A DNA stretch of 64,000 bases from Basidiobolus meristosporus CBS 931.73 (Eukaryota > Fungi > Basidiobolomycota). The translations under genes were made by a program, and so were the position numbers. This document shows positions 1 to 13,473 of the stretch, piece after piece. The stretch covers positions 1-64,000 of the forward strand of contig MCFE01000492.1 of NCBI GenBank assembly GCA_002104905.1, in the 5' to 3' direction. Below the pieces are notes generated by a model. It was not told where the DNA came from. It saw only the letters and a list, made by a program, of their open reading frames with translations, and made no database searches. Each line of letters starts with the position of its first letter. Position 1 is the first letter of the stretch.

Positions 1-730
1 TAAATTAAACTCTGAGCAAAGGCGCCCACAGACTTGTGTGAGCCCTAGCGGTATTCCGCAAGGTACCAAGACATTCGAGGCAAGTCTGCCGAATCTCCTT
101 AAACAGGGCTAAGTTCATTCTTTCTGCTCATTGTATTATATAGATGTTTGAGTGGCTTGATCCTAACTCGCCAAGGCAGAGGAGTCTTGGGCTTGGTATC
201 TACTAATATTGACGATCCTTTGCACATCTAGATTCCACTGGCCCGAACACTTGCTCATGGTAATTCCTATGTTTTAACCGCCTCCCTCCACCCAATACCA
301 CTTTACACTAAAGGCAAATAATTTGTTCAGTGTTGGTATATACAATGGCCATAGGAGGAGACAAATGAAATGGGTTCAACATCAAGGGTTGCCTGGGCTT
401 TCCCCGAAAAATACTCTTGAAGTTTGCTGAATGATGCCGATTAGCATCAAATAGCCCTGAAGATATGAAACTCAATAAATATGTGATGGGAAACAAAAAA
501 GAACCGCATCCGATCGATCCAATCCACATTGTTCACTCTGGTCAATCGCCAGACGGACCTGACGAAGGAAAAAAATCACCACCGAAGATGGATTCTGGTT
601 TGGATCGGGGATGGGGTCCCTGAGCTTCACCCTAAATTACCAAATTCCCCTTCACTTATTAAAAACGAGAATTTTTTCGAGTTGGTCCTTCTCTTTCACG
701 CACGTTCAAGGGGTTTTCAGTGCATCCAAT

Positions 731-1646
731 ATGAAGGTAAATACCGATCCATCCAACCTCCTTCGCACAGTGCTTGTTCACAGTCAAGCCGATGACGAGT
801 GCCTGGTCACCTATCTAGTCGATTCAGTCATCCTAACTTTCTCTACTCCCTAGTTGAACATTGCCAATCCAGCTACCGGCTGCCAAAAGACCATCGAAAT
901 CGATGATGAGCGCAAGGTGTAAGTGTGCATTGGTTCCCCTTTGTTGACAATCAAGTTGTTAAATCGCTTCATCTCCATGCAGCCGTGCTTTCTACGACAA
1001 ACGTATGTCTGCTGAAGTCCCAGGTGATTCCCTCGGTGACGAATTCAAGGGATACGTTTTCCGTATCACCGGTGGTAACGACAAACAAGGTTTCCCCATG
1101 AAGCAAGGTATCCTTCTTCCCCACCGTGTTCGTCTCCTTTTGTCCAAGGGTCACTCTTGCTACCGCCCTCGTCGTACTGGTGAGCGCAAGAGAAAGTCAG
1201 TTCGTGGCTGCATCGTCGGTTCCGATCTTTCTGTCCTTTCCTTGGTTATCGTCAAGCAAGGTGAACAAGAGCTTCCCGGATTAACTGATACCACTGTTCC
1301 CAAGCGTTTGGGTCCCAAGAGAGCTTCCAAGCTTAGAAAGATGTTCAATCTTACTAAGGAAGATGACGTCCGCAAGTTCGTCATCCGTCGTGAGGTTCAA
1401 CCCAAGAACGCTGACAAGAAGCCCTACACCAAGGCTCCCAAGATCCAACGTCTTGTCACTCCTCTCACCCTTCAACGCAAGAGACACAGAATTGCCCTCA
1501 AGCGTAAGAACTCTCAAGCCTCCAAGGAAGCTGCTGCTGAGTATGCTAAGCTTCTCGCTCAACGCGTCAAGGAACAACGTGAGAGAAAGGAGGAGATCAA
1601 GAAGAGAAGACTCAGTTCCCAACACGCTTCTGCTGCCAAGAACTAA
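731..1646 (+). CDS. RPS6: 40S ribosomal protein S6 (eS6); exons 731-736, 854-918, 983-1646
   Basis: The spliced product reads [42 protein letters not shown]...[12 protein letters not shown]...RKSVRGCIV...KRLGPKRA, the eS6 signature. Two GT-AG introns (737-853, 919-982) join in frame. Confidence 0.98.
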
Positions 1647-2587
1647 AGCCCTTCCTGCTTCAATGCTCCAAGTCGATTAATCTTGTTCAATTCCATAAAT
1701 GATGATCATTTAAATAAAAGCACATTTATTGTGAATGAATTGGTGTTGATCTGGCTTGTTCGACTGGGGGAATGCAGGCAATATTAAATCTCGATGTATT
1801 CCTTCGGAGTCCCAGGTTTCCGGATTCTGTGGAGAGATATCTTGGTGATGGCTTTCCGCGTATAACACCGAAGGAAATATTCGTCAATGGCTAAAACACA
1901 GCAGGCCCGAAGCTCCTGGTTTACAACTGCAACCACGTGGGATTGATGCCACTGTTTCAAAGTAATCATAGCTCAACAGTCATTGAAGTGCACCCAACAG
2001 ATCCAGCCGAGTATTCAAGAAGTTTAGACATTTATTTTGGGGTTAGAATTAGAAGGTCTATTAGAGCTGACCGAATTTGTAACTGGATCTATGGAGCATC
2101 TTTCGAAGATGTAGTAGTAGCTTTAGTTCATACATTAGACATGTATCGGAGTGTCGGTAGGAATTTCTTGGTTTTGTCGATCCAGTATCACCTCGGCTTG
2201 GCATTAAGTGAGACATTGCAAATGCATGCTTTGCTAGGATAAAGACGTGCAAAATTCAGGAACGGCGAGATCTATATGTGACCTGTATAGACGGCAAGAA
2301 AACTTATAGCTGTTCAAAGATTAGGTGGAGATGTTGGGTGGGAAATAGCAATGATTAGAAGCATATGATGGTTTACAGATCACATGCTCCTGGTGCGGGA
2401 CACCAAGCACTGATCGCGTATTACAATTATCATGAGGAAAGGTTTGCTTAAAGAAAATGGAGTCTTAAAATGGAGCAGCACACTAATAACAGTCCAAATC
2501 ATTTGAATCCAGGTCGACTGACTTCCACCTGGGTGTTGTCGATTCTCGAGACTCGGTGCACCGTCCCACTTTCTTCTCCTATGCACC

Positions 2588-5158
2588 TCAAGTTGGCACT
2601 TGGATAAGCTCATCACCTTGAGCGAGTGCTTGAAACCAATATATTAAATAATTGAGTGGCTGGGTTGGTGGTTGGCGCTGCTCTTGTTGGTGTTCTGGAT
2701 ACCACGTTAGGGCAGTGCTGTTTGTGATACCAATTGGCTTGGCTCTGTTGTCAAGGATAGGCTGCTGTAGGAACATGCTCGTTACAATACCCAGGATGTA
2801 AACAACCAGCGTATATAATATTACGACAACAGTCCCATGTCCGCGTGTTTTGGACGCTAGTTGGACAATCAGAGGGTCCGAGCTATGCATTTCTTCCGTC
2901 TCTTTGAGTGGATTACTGATAGCTCCGTAAGGGCGGCGTGCTATACTTTGGCGGGGTGCAGAGATGCGATGGAGAATCTCGATTGGAGTGACAAATTCCT
3001 GCGCAGTCTGAACGTAGTTGGCTGGTTCAGATAGCAGCTGATGTATGATGCTTTCCTGTACGTTGAAGTCGTTTATCAATTTCTGATACTCCGCCTCTAG
3101 CTTTTGGTGGAATTCCTCCTGATGCATCTGAGTGTTTTCTAATCCTAAGCGCTTTCCAGAAGTGCTATGGGGTGCCTTATCATCATCAGTATTGCTGTTA
3201 TGAGTGATGATGCAGAGCTCGCTTGCTGCAATGCTCTGGAATGCTATCTGATGAGCCCCAGGAGCTCTAGCCAATTTTCGTAACCGGTCGATCTCATCTT
3301 GTAGAATTTGTCTCTCGAGCGCTACAGACTTTTTGATTCCTTGCAGTTGATGAATTGCTTGTTTCCACTTCCTGGACGCATCTTCAGTCTCGTTCTTGAA
3401 AAGCTGGTTCTGATATTTTAAGTACGTTATATAGCTGCTTTCTTGTTCTCGCGGCTCGGAGCATTCTAAAGTAGGGCCTATAGTTCTACTACACTCTTCG
3501 GATGTCGACAATTCTAAGTGGAGGTTTTTTTCATTTTCGACCTCAGAAATCTGTTGATAATCGTGAGATAGCGTGTTTAATGTTTGGATGCCAGCTCCCT
3601 TGAGCGCATCATCCAAGTCTTGTCGCAAGCCATCAACAACACCTCTCAAATATTGGTTTTCTTCTTTCAGCTCATCCACTTCATGCTCGAGTATCTGAGC
3701 AAATGAGATCTCTTGTTCCAATTTCGAGATGTGTGCCTCAAATGCCGCCCGTTCCTGCTGATATCTCTTTTGTCCTATAGCGTAATGCTCCAGATGCATT
3801 TCGCCTTTCAAAAGCTCATCTTCTCGGAATCTCAACTGAAGCTGCAGTTTCTCGGTTTCCTCTTTCTTCTCATCATATTGGAGACGTAAGTCGCTATATA
3901 AATTCTTATGATGGGAGAGAACCCTGGAGATTGAGCCGATTTCGGACTCCAGCTAAAGAATAAATCAGTGGTCAGACAATATATATCGCAGAGGGAAACA
4001 ACGATGGTACCATGCATATCTGTTGCAGCTGGGCTCTTTCGTTACTTTTGTATTCTTGAATTTCACGTCTCCTAGCTGTCAACTGCACCTTCATATCATC
4101 CACACGACCCTGAAGCTCTGAAATACGTTCCTCATGCTGACGGACTGAAAGTGTGAGATTCTTTTCGGTTTGTTGAAGTCGTTTATTCAGCGCAAGGGTG
4201 ATTCGAGTCAAGTTTCCGATCTGCGAAGCCGCGTCGTTAGACTGCTCAAAAACAGTAAGTATGAATGAGTCGGCAAAACACAGGATAATTACTCACATTC
4301 ATTCCAGGGCTACTAAAGTCTTTTTCCGCTGGGTGTGGCCGGTCAAGATTCTCTCGGTCATATGGCTCCGTGAGGCTATCACGATAGCTGGTGGGTTCGC
4401 CAGTGAATCTGGAGGTGATCTGCAGAGTAGTTCAGTTTTGCGTTCAGAGTATAGGGCTACTAACTGAATGGAGTACCTCTTTATGGAGATGGAAGTGGCT
4501 ACACGATTCGACACAGGCTCCCTCAATCGAATACATTGAATGCGCGCGTTGGTCCTCGAACCCGCTCAAGATCGGCAGCACATAAATATCACGCTTCTTG
4601 TCAGCTTCTATGTAACAAAAGGATGTTGAGTACAGGAGTATTGCACAGAATTGAGCTGAAAAGCTGAGATACCTGCAGCAGCTTTACGGGTTGAAAGTGC
4701 TCGTGTGACTGGAGCAGTTCTTTGGCGTGAAGCCAGTGGGGAATGTGCGTGAGCGAAGCCCAAAGTGGAGTGTGGTCTAGGTGCAGTAGCAGAGCGTCTG
4801 CCCTTTACAGCGCTTCTGTTGGGAGTGGTGTCGGAGGAAAGAGGAAGTGCAGACAGTTGGGAGATAAGGCGATAAAGATCTTCAGGTGTAAGCTCTATCT
4901 CGGCATTTTTGGCACAAAATTTCTGTAGTAAGCCTTTTGGCTCCGAATCCAAAAGGATCACTCCTTGCTCTCGCTCAAATATGTTCAGTATAGGAAATAA
5001 GTCCTGCGCCACAATCGACCCCCGACATTCTTTATCGAATTTAGTGAATATGGCTTCCAAATTGGAGTGAAGAGTAGAAAGTGGACTGGCAGTTTGACTC
5101 TGAAATTTTAGGAGGCGGCTTTAGTACTGCAATCCGTAACAACCGAGAGCATTTCCAT
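2588..5158 (-). CDS. Multi-exon EF-hand-like/coiled-coil/tail-anchored protein, KASH5/Kms1-like outer nuclear membrane protein
   Basis: ORF pieces 4608-5060 (LEAIFTKFDKECRGSIVAQDLFPIL, EF-hand-like), 4299-4526, 3972-4211 (coiled coil) and 2588-3835 (coiled coil, one TM TVVVILYTLVVYILGIVTSMFL, then about 50 aa ending IQVPT-stop). The start at 5158 depends on a short putative intron and is uncertain. Confidence 0.7.
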
Positions 5159-6806
5159 AGAGCTTAAAGAATATCAAAGCATTGGGTGGTTGTAGAACAG
5201 CAAGTTATTGCCTAACCAACTGTCCATATGCGACTAAATGTACAAGACTCTTTTTTACCTTTATGTGTACGTCTCTGCCAGTATATCCAGCTCGAATAGT
5301 CGACATAGTTACTATGTTCCCAAATCCAACTAGGGAACAGCGAAAAAGTTATAATTGTACTATTAAAAGGAAAAGAATTAAACGAAGGAATCAATTCTAC
5401 GGGCCACTCACAGGGGGGTAATATGTTCAAAAAAAGGAGGCGGCCGAGGGGAACTTGCGAGGGATGAGAGACAGAAGAGGTTGGCTGGATCCCAACTAAT
5501 ATTGGGATCAAGGGTATTGCATACATAATATCAGAGTTTAAATATATCTAGAGGCATTGGCATGAATTTACTGTGGTCCAGTATGATGAATGTACCATGA
5601 TGGTTGATAGACATCATGAGGTTGACCAGCAATCATCACTGATCTAATGAGTGGCCATTAATGATGCACATTGCACATGTGGATGAAACAAGTATATCGT
5701 CGTTGGTGAATCCCCATGTAAATTGCAGAGCCAGTAGAGCGTTGCTCAAATTCCACCCACATGAGCTCAGGTGTAGGCATACATTGACAATTACACAAAT
5801 GCGTCGCCCCTTTCCCACGGGTTGCTCTATCCTCCTCTGCAACGCGAAGCATCCTAGTCTGGATTAGAGCCCAACTCTAAACCTCTGTCCTTATTCTTAT
5901 GCCTGCACTAGATATGCGCTCTATGGATCAGTGCATCCCGAGTCACATGCATGGCCGATTATAGCTCCCACGGGCCTTCATTGGCCAGCGGGGTTTCTGT
6001 TTCATCACAATAATCCGCTGTGTACATCAAAGGAATGTCTACAATCAACCATGGTTCAGCAAGATATTTCGGCTCAGTGACGTTGTTTGCCATATTTGCA
6101 CCCAACAATAAATGCATTGCATTGATCAAGCAAGTCCACCCAAAAGGCCCAATTTGTCGCCATCCACATGGGCCAAGCCTGGTCCAATAATTGAGTATTT
6201 TCCAGAGACTTGTTTTATGCATGCTCTGCGTGACTGCCTAGGTTAATTCCTCCAGCAACCAGTAACCACAGTCACTATAGACGTTCGATCCCCAGTTGGT
6301 TTGCATCCAGATTCCAGGTTGCTCCTACGTTAAGGTTCCAGCGCCAACCTTTAGTTGGTAAACGGGGAGAGTACAGCCATTCAGGTTCTGTTTACAGCGG
6401 TGCCGCTTTTCAAAGTGCGCAAATGTTGCTGTTGAGGGACTTGGCCAACATTAGCCTAATCAGTTTTCAATTACGATCTCTACACTGTCCGCTCATTGTT
6501 GCCAATTTAAGCCATTGGTGTTCGCCGCCATTTTTCCTTTAGAATGGCGTTTGCATAATTCTACAGATTATTAATAGTGTAGATCTGTTCAGCCATATCA
6601 GAATAGTCCCTTATACCAGTCACCTATCTAGAATCCGCTGAATTCGGATCATTCCAAGGATATCTTCTGCTATCCAACTTATTCCCTCAACAATATCAAC
6701 AGCATAGTCACCGTACAGTTCGTGGCGCTATAGTGTTCCAGTAGCCGATATATGTCTATCTGATATAGTCTGAAGCTATCTCTTTAATATACATAGAAGA
6801 TTGAAC

Positions 6807-9800
6807 ATGTTTACCTTTCCAACCCCTTGCGAAAGTTCTTCTTTTTGGGAGGATTTGGAGAGTAATGAGTATTTCGTGATGCAACGTACTCTAGGGTCAA
6901 ACAATTTTTTATTAAAAAGTGTTCTGGGAACCATCCAAAACGTGTAAGTCAGTTTTGGCTTTCTTTTTTCAAGCTTCATACTTACGTCAAGACCGCCATT
7001 CTTTCCTTGGAAAACAACCTGCACACTTCTGCTCCCGTGCATTCATTCCCCTTTGATGTCGACTTAGGTTGGAGACGAAACAAGCCCCTTTTCGTATCTT
7101 ATTTCGACCCAACAAAAATGGAGATGGGATGCATCTGATTGCTGAGGCCAACACCCGCAAGGGTATCGATAAGCCTTGGAAGTGGCTTGAAGGTGACTTT
7201 AAGTAGCGCTTATTACCTAGGGGTTGGCTGAGTACTTATCCACCATATCGCCTTATAGACCACCTGGTTAAAGAATTGGCAGCACTGGATGATCCTTACG
7301 AGAAAGAGACGTTTGTTCTGACCAAAGTCAACTCTCTTGTATCAAGCCTAGATGCTGGCGAAGACACTAACAACGATGAAAAGATGAGGGCTGCCACCAG
7401 GGCTTTCAGACAAATCTTTGAGCTGTCGGCTAGTGAAAGGCTGGTGAACTTCTATTCCTGTGGTTACAACCGCAATTTTATGATCAATCAAGGCTGGATG
7501 TATATCAGCGAGCATTATCTATGCTTCTATTCGTTTATTCTTGGGATTGAGGCCAAGATCCAAATCTCCCTGAGGGATATTGAGAGCCTACACAAGGAAA
7601 CGTCAAAAAGAGGCCTGTTGGCAGATTCCATCAAAGTGATTACGAGAAGTAAGAATGAGGTAAGTCTCTGGAATTTTCCATCGAAGTGTACACTAAACAT
7701 CAACTATGACTGTCGATCCAGTACTTCTTCTCGAATCTGTTCCAACGTGAGGAGGTAGAGTAGCGTGCAAGTAATCTGCTGACCATCCACTCTGGCCTAA
7801 TTCTCGATTGACATCTAGACCTATGACTTGTTGGTGCAGCTGACCAACTTGTCGATGCAAAAGCTCTTGCAGAATACTGCCTTGGATTTCGCCCCAGGGT
7901 CGTCGCTGGATACTCGGACCACTGCTGAGCAGCCCAGTATCGCCAAGGGGGCTACCTTCTCCCTGCAAAATTCCCATACTCAGCTGAACAAGATCTCCTT
8001 GAAAGAGGATCTCCAGCAACAGAAGCGGAACGAGCAGTATCAAGCTAGGTTTCGCCTTCCATCTTCAGAACACTTGATAATCGAGGTAGATGCAATCCTC
8101 TCCGTCCCAACCCGTGAGGAGAAGTACCAAGGGAAACTCGGCTTATCAGAAAATTTCATTACCTTCATGTCGGCAGATACGAACCTCTGCTCAGCAGCAA
8201 TACCGCTATTTGTCATCCGTAGAGTCGAAAGGATTAACCCCAAGTCCCATCTGTGTATACTGGCCATCACAACCTGGCACCAGATGAAGATAGTGTTTCA
8301 GATACAAGGCTCCAGGAAGTTAGGGGAGAGTTACTGTTCCGAACTCAAAATCAACCTCAAAGAGCAGGCAAAGGTGATGAAGATCTTAAAGCCATTCCTG
8401 AAGACGTGTGTATCGGAGAGTATGCTGAAAGAGAAAGAAACCCCCGAATATGGAGGGTTGGGATTGAAGTTTGGGTATCCAGGGGACATAAGAAGATCCA
8501 AAGAGAAAGGGAAAAACAAGTACTGGTTGAGCTATCTCAAGGACAACGGCCGTAACCTAACCTTACTGAAATACCCAGACTTCTCTCGGTTGGTGAAGAT
8601 CGGCCTCCCCAACCATCTTCGGGGCGAAATATGGGAGATATGCAGCGGTTCAATTTATCTGAGATGCATGAATCCCGGCTATTACCAAAGAATTCATGAT
8701 GAGAACGCGGGAAAGGTATCGATCTCAACGGGGGAAATCGAGAAGGACTTGAACCGCTCCTTGCCGGAATATGCCGCTTACCAGACTGCAGAAGGAATTG
8801 ATACGTTGAGAAGAGTTCTCACGGCGTATTCTTGGAAGAACCCCGCCCTTGGCTACTGTCAGGCCATGAACATTGTAGCCTCTGCCATATTGATACATAT
8901 GAGTGAAGAGCAGGCATTCTGGACCATCAGTATTCTATGCGAGCGATTCCTTCCCGGATACTACAGCACCTCCATGTATGGCGCACTTCTTGATCAATCC
9001 ATATTCGAGCACCTGGTTGAGCAATGTATACCAGCCCTCCATGAGCATCTGAAGAAAGCCGATATTCAACTGTCGGTGGCATGCCTGCCTTGGTTCTTGA
9101 GTCTTTTCATTAACACCATGCCACTCTCATTTGCATTTCGAGTGCTAGATTGCTTTTTCATGGACGGGCCGCATGTTCTGTTTCAAATCGCTCTTGCAAT
9201 TCTCAAGATCAACGAAAGCACTTTGAGCAAGGCAAAGGATGATGGCGCATTTATTCATGTGCTCAAGCAATACTTCACTAAACTGGACGATCCTCTTTAT
9301 CCGAACAGCAAGAATCCCCGCGCAAAGCTTCTAACTAAGTTCCACGAGCTCATGCTGGTGGCGTTCAAAGAATTCGCTGAGATCAACATCGACTGTATCA
9401 ATGAACTGCGTAAATCTCATCAATTTCGCATCGTGCACAACATCGAGAGCTTTACCAAGCGAACGCACATCCGCAATCTCGTCGAAACGTCGAGGTTCAA
9501 TAAGGAGGAGCTGTCGGTGATCTACGATAGATTCTACGACATCCAGTTCTACAACAACAAGAAACAGAGTGAGAACCCGGATCTCAAGATGGACTTTTGG
9601 GGATTCCAGAAGTTTCTGGCCACCATTGCCCCTTGGGCAGTAATGGAGACCAGCACTGAATCGCAGCGCCTACTCAAAGGACATGGATCGCTATTAATTC
9701 AGAAGAAGACGGTAGGGAGCTCATTTATCGAAAAGCTCTTCAAGCATTTTGACCGATCTCGGTGTGGAAGTTTGTCTCTACACGATGTGGCCAACGGGCT

Positions 9801-10533
9801 CCAAGACATCATGTTTGGTGACTTGATGGCACAGATCCAGTTCTTTTTTCATCTCCATGACGAGGATGAAGATGGACTATTGTCTAAAGAGGATGTACTG
9901 CAAATGTCCGAGAGCTTCCTATTTCTATTCCGGAATGAGAAAGACGATCGATATCTCCGAGCAGTCTCCAATTTCTTGCAAAACTCAATTCACTACTCGG
10001 AATCTCCTCCAAACCCCTCTGAGCCGAATTCCAGTGATGCTACGGTGGTAGACGACAGCGTGGATTCTCTCCCGGAGGCAAGCGTCTCTGATGGGAGAGA
10101 GGACGCCGAGGATGACAGAATCATTGTGTCACTGCCTACGTTTCGAATGGTGATTCTTGCTGACGAGACATTGGAGCAATTCTTCGATTACAAATTTGCC
10201 GCCTCCATTCAGCTCGCCAAGGACTTTAGTACTGACCGGCAAAAAGGGCTGGGCCGCGAGATTTTCGAATCGTTGCTGAACGAAGGATTTAAGCTTGCTG
10301 ATCGAGTCGCCCAGATTCCCAAAACTAAGCCAGCCCAGGCAAAACTCGCTACCAGTGAGGATTGGATCAATGCATCTGTCACGCCCACCATAATACCCAA
10401 TCGACCCAAAACCCCTCAAGAGGAGGAAGACAACGAGGAAGATGACCTAACGACGGTGGACGATCTACTAAGGCAGTTGGAGGAGCCTCACAAAGAAGAA
10501 CTGGTGGACGACTTTGAGCATATCGGTACGTAG
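6807..10533 (+). CDS. GYP2: Rab GTPase-activating protein, TBC1D8/9 / Gyp2(Mdr1) family (GRAM-GRAM-TBC-EF-hand), multi-exon
   Basis: The N-terminal exon MFTFPTPCESSSFWEDLESNEYFVMQRTLG starts at 6807. GRAM: FRQIFELSASERLVNFYSCGY. TBC motifs: IEKDLNRSLPE, GYCQAMN, LSVACLPWFLSLF. C-terminal EF-hand: LHDEDEDGLLSKED. Confidence 0.93.
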
Positions 10534-11121
10534 TATTCCTTATCCTTGTCACAACGCGGTCCCAACTAAGACTGCCAAACAGAGCACACACCGGAAGACA
10601 GTCACTACGTATTAGTAAAATAGCAGTGCCATGTCAGGTGCTTATGATCACGTGGTTTGACTTCAGCCCACTCCTCTCCATATTCGCTGTGTATTAATGG
10701 TGTTCTAATAGGATCCATGGATCTGAGGTGCCGCTTGAGTGCTGAAACTGTCCAAAACCCCGGCATCTGAGATGAATTTACAACTTGTCAATTTATTTAG
10801 TTATATATATGCATATATAGCGCCATGGTGAAGGAAAACAAACTCGAGTGAATTTGAATATAAACCATGTTCTTCCATACTGTCATGAATCTCATATGAA
10901 CAATAAGTAAACCAGATTTCCCATGGAATAGGAACTTGGCCCTGCGGTACTTATATGTATAATTGACTACACCTGTACACATAAAGATATATATAGTCGC
11001 GACATACAACGTGAAGCTCGAAAACGTAAATGTGATAATACATAAAGCAAACCATAAACAACTGCTCTGTAGTGGATGAAAGGACCACTTGTAACACCAA
11101 CCAAGCTGGAAACAAGTCATG

Positions 11122-11787
11122 CTAATTCCGACTGTTCCTCAGGATTGCATTGGTAGCTTTCACAAAATCGAATGGATGCTTGGTCTTCACTGCAGAAAAT
11201 CCATCGTACTCCACAGAAGCAAAATTGCTTCCATTCTCCATCAGGCCTACGCAAGGAATCCGTCCCTTGGAAGGCGGCGTGAGAGGCTCTTCATCATCGT
11301 CATCTTCAAACTCCATTGCGGCCGGATCCAAAGTCTGTATTACTGGCGGTGAGGATCGCTGACGCGCTGTGGACTTATAAAGCATACCCTCCAACGAGCA
11401 CACTTTAACAAGTGCCCTGCGATTTTCGCTTCGAACTCGGCTCAGTTCTTCGTCTTTTTGAGAGATGATTTGACGCAGAGCCTGGGCGGTGAGTTTTGCC
11501 TGACCAAGCTCTCTAGAGACCGCCCTGTTCTGCTCGAAAAGGTATTGATTCTCAATACGTAAACGCTGCAACTCCGGGATCAGTTGATTGGCAAGCGCCT
11601 CGTCGTCCTCGAAATCCTTCTCCGGCTCTACGCCTGTATCGACAATTCGGAAGGTACGATAGACGGGGATTATACCCAACTTGCCTTCCCTCGGGGCTGC
11701 TTTAGAAGGCGAGCGACTTCTGGATTCCGATGTGGCCGACACCGATCCCTTCTCGTTTTTCGTGACTTTTTTCAACAAGGAGGTCAT
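11122..11787 (-). CDS. Hypothetical coiled-coil protein (221 aa)
   Basis: Single ATG-initiated ORF with a heptad-rich core (LQRLRIENQYLFEQNRAVSRELGQAKLTAQALRQII) and an acidic patch. No family recognised. Confidence 0.7.
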   Translation of the reverse strand: MTSLLKKVTKNEKGSVSATSESRSRSPSKAAPREGKLGIIPVYRTFRIVDTGVEPEKDFEDDEALANQLIPELQRLRIENQYLFEQNRAVSRELGQAKLTAQALRQIISQKDEELSRVRSENRRALVKVCSLEGMLYKSTARQRSSPPVIQTLDPAAMEFEDDDDEEPLTPPSKGRIPCVGLMENGSNFASVEYDGFSAVKTKHPFDFVKATNAILRNSRN

Positions 11788-13473
11788 CGTATTCGTCTTT
11801 CTCTCCGTAATTAGTGACGTTTGAAAGCCGCGAACTGGTTAAATGACACCAATGAGGGTTATTCCACGGTGGCTGTGGAACAGGAACGAATAAGTATCGA
11901 CGTTCAACCAGGAGTGAGTAATAAGCGCAGGCCAAGTTAGCCTTGGAGAGAGCCCTTATGTATACTTATTAGCCTAAGCTAGGAGTTAGTACACTTCAAG
12001 GGCATACCTGATACAAGTCTTACTTACGTGGTTAATATATCAGGACAGTTGCTGTAAAATCTCACGCTCAAACTCCCATCAATCTGAAATGGGATAGGTA
12101 GTTGATGATGCCTTAAATGGGTTGTACCTCACGAAGGAGCCGGATTGGGTTGACTTATTCTGAACTATCTTTGAGGCCGGTCTTAGCAATAAAGTAATCC
12201 ACTCGGCAACCAATCGATTAAGCTTTTATTGACAGGTTAGGGTGGTGAGACCGAGAGGGCAAGTGAAAGTGGGAGTGTGTGAGAATGAGAAAGAGAAGGA
12301 AAAAGGAGGAAGAAAGCTGGTATTGACACAATCTTCGCCTAAGGTTTAATATTTATAGTAGGAATAATATGTCAAACACCTCTACTGGAGCATACATTTA
12401 TATACTTCTATACATTTCGCATTGATTTAATCTCCAATGAACGGTACATATATGATGATCAAGATGCTTGTTTCCACACAAATGCTGCTCCCACTTGATA
12501 GACTCTATGCGAGTTTAAGCAACATACGAGAAATAACAAACCTTCGCTGCAGTGGTCTGCCACACTGCCGGGGCTGGTATTGGAAACATTCGTTGGGAAT
12601 AGCCCACGATGCATCCCCAATTGGGCAATTGAATTCAAGCTGTTTCATGGAGGCGGCCTAGATGTTAGGATTTGAGTCTTCTCCAGTCCGACGTGCTTTT
12701 TTACGTTGCTCTCAAACTCTACGAAAACACTCCCCACCAGACAACGAATGCTTATGGCGTCCGTGTTCCGATACAATCATAGCAACAGAGATCTGATCAA
12801 TCGTCATTGCTTACCCACACATACACTCATGCACATGATACTTGCCAAGTCAATAACGTCCATTCCCTTAATGCTGAGTTCCAACCTGGCTGGCCAGATT
12901 CCCAGTACCACAGATTTCGTTGGGTGAAATGCCAAGCTTGTGCCAACCATTTTCCCTTGGTTGCCATCTACCTCACAGTTGGCAATGCCGAATAAATCTC
13001 AATTGATACTTCTCAAGATCCAACAGGGTCCGATTTTTCACTCAATGGGTACAGATTCATAGTCAGTGCAGGCTTCACTTCACTTTAAGCCCTTCCCCTC
13101 CCCTTCTTACCATATGTTAGTTGTAAATCACCAACAACACTGCTGCTTCGTCTTTGCCGCAAACCTGGTAGCCTACCTAATCCGCACCACTATGGGGGCT
13201 GCAGATGCATCATCAAGTAGCAATTATTTCGGGATGGTGGTTGGTTTATTTTCGAATGGCTGGTTCAAGCACTTTCTGAATTACGTCTAAAATGAAAGAC
13301 TCTATGGAAAGAGAAAAGAAAAATACCCTTCTACAAGGCCCGTTCTTACATGGTACTAACCTATAGAATTTACAAGAGGGAAACTAGAGACTGAAATATC
13401 AGCCTCAAATAGGTGCGAGTCCACTGATCATACTCGGCTGGAGTCGTACACTTGGCTGGCTCGCACCAACTGT

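Noticed and set aside
1-529. 73-aa ORF and a VVLGGGRR word reminiscent of alkaline phosphatase
   Set aside because: All frames are interrupted and no coherent exon chain could be built.
737-853. Possible intronic snoRNA in RPS6 intron 1
   Set aside because: There is no RTGATGA/CTGA pair or H/ACA architecture.
5636-6222. Short ORFs with RT-like words (NDDILVSS, SLWKIL)
   Set aside because: Motif spacing is incompatible with a reverse transcriptase and there is no supporting element ends or CpG loss.
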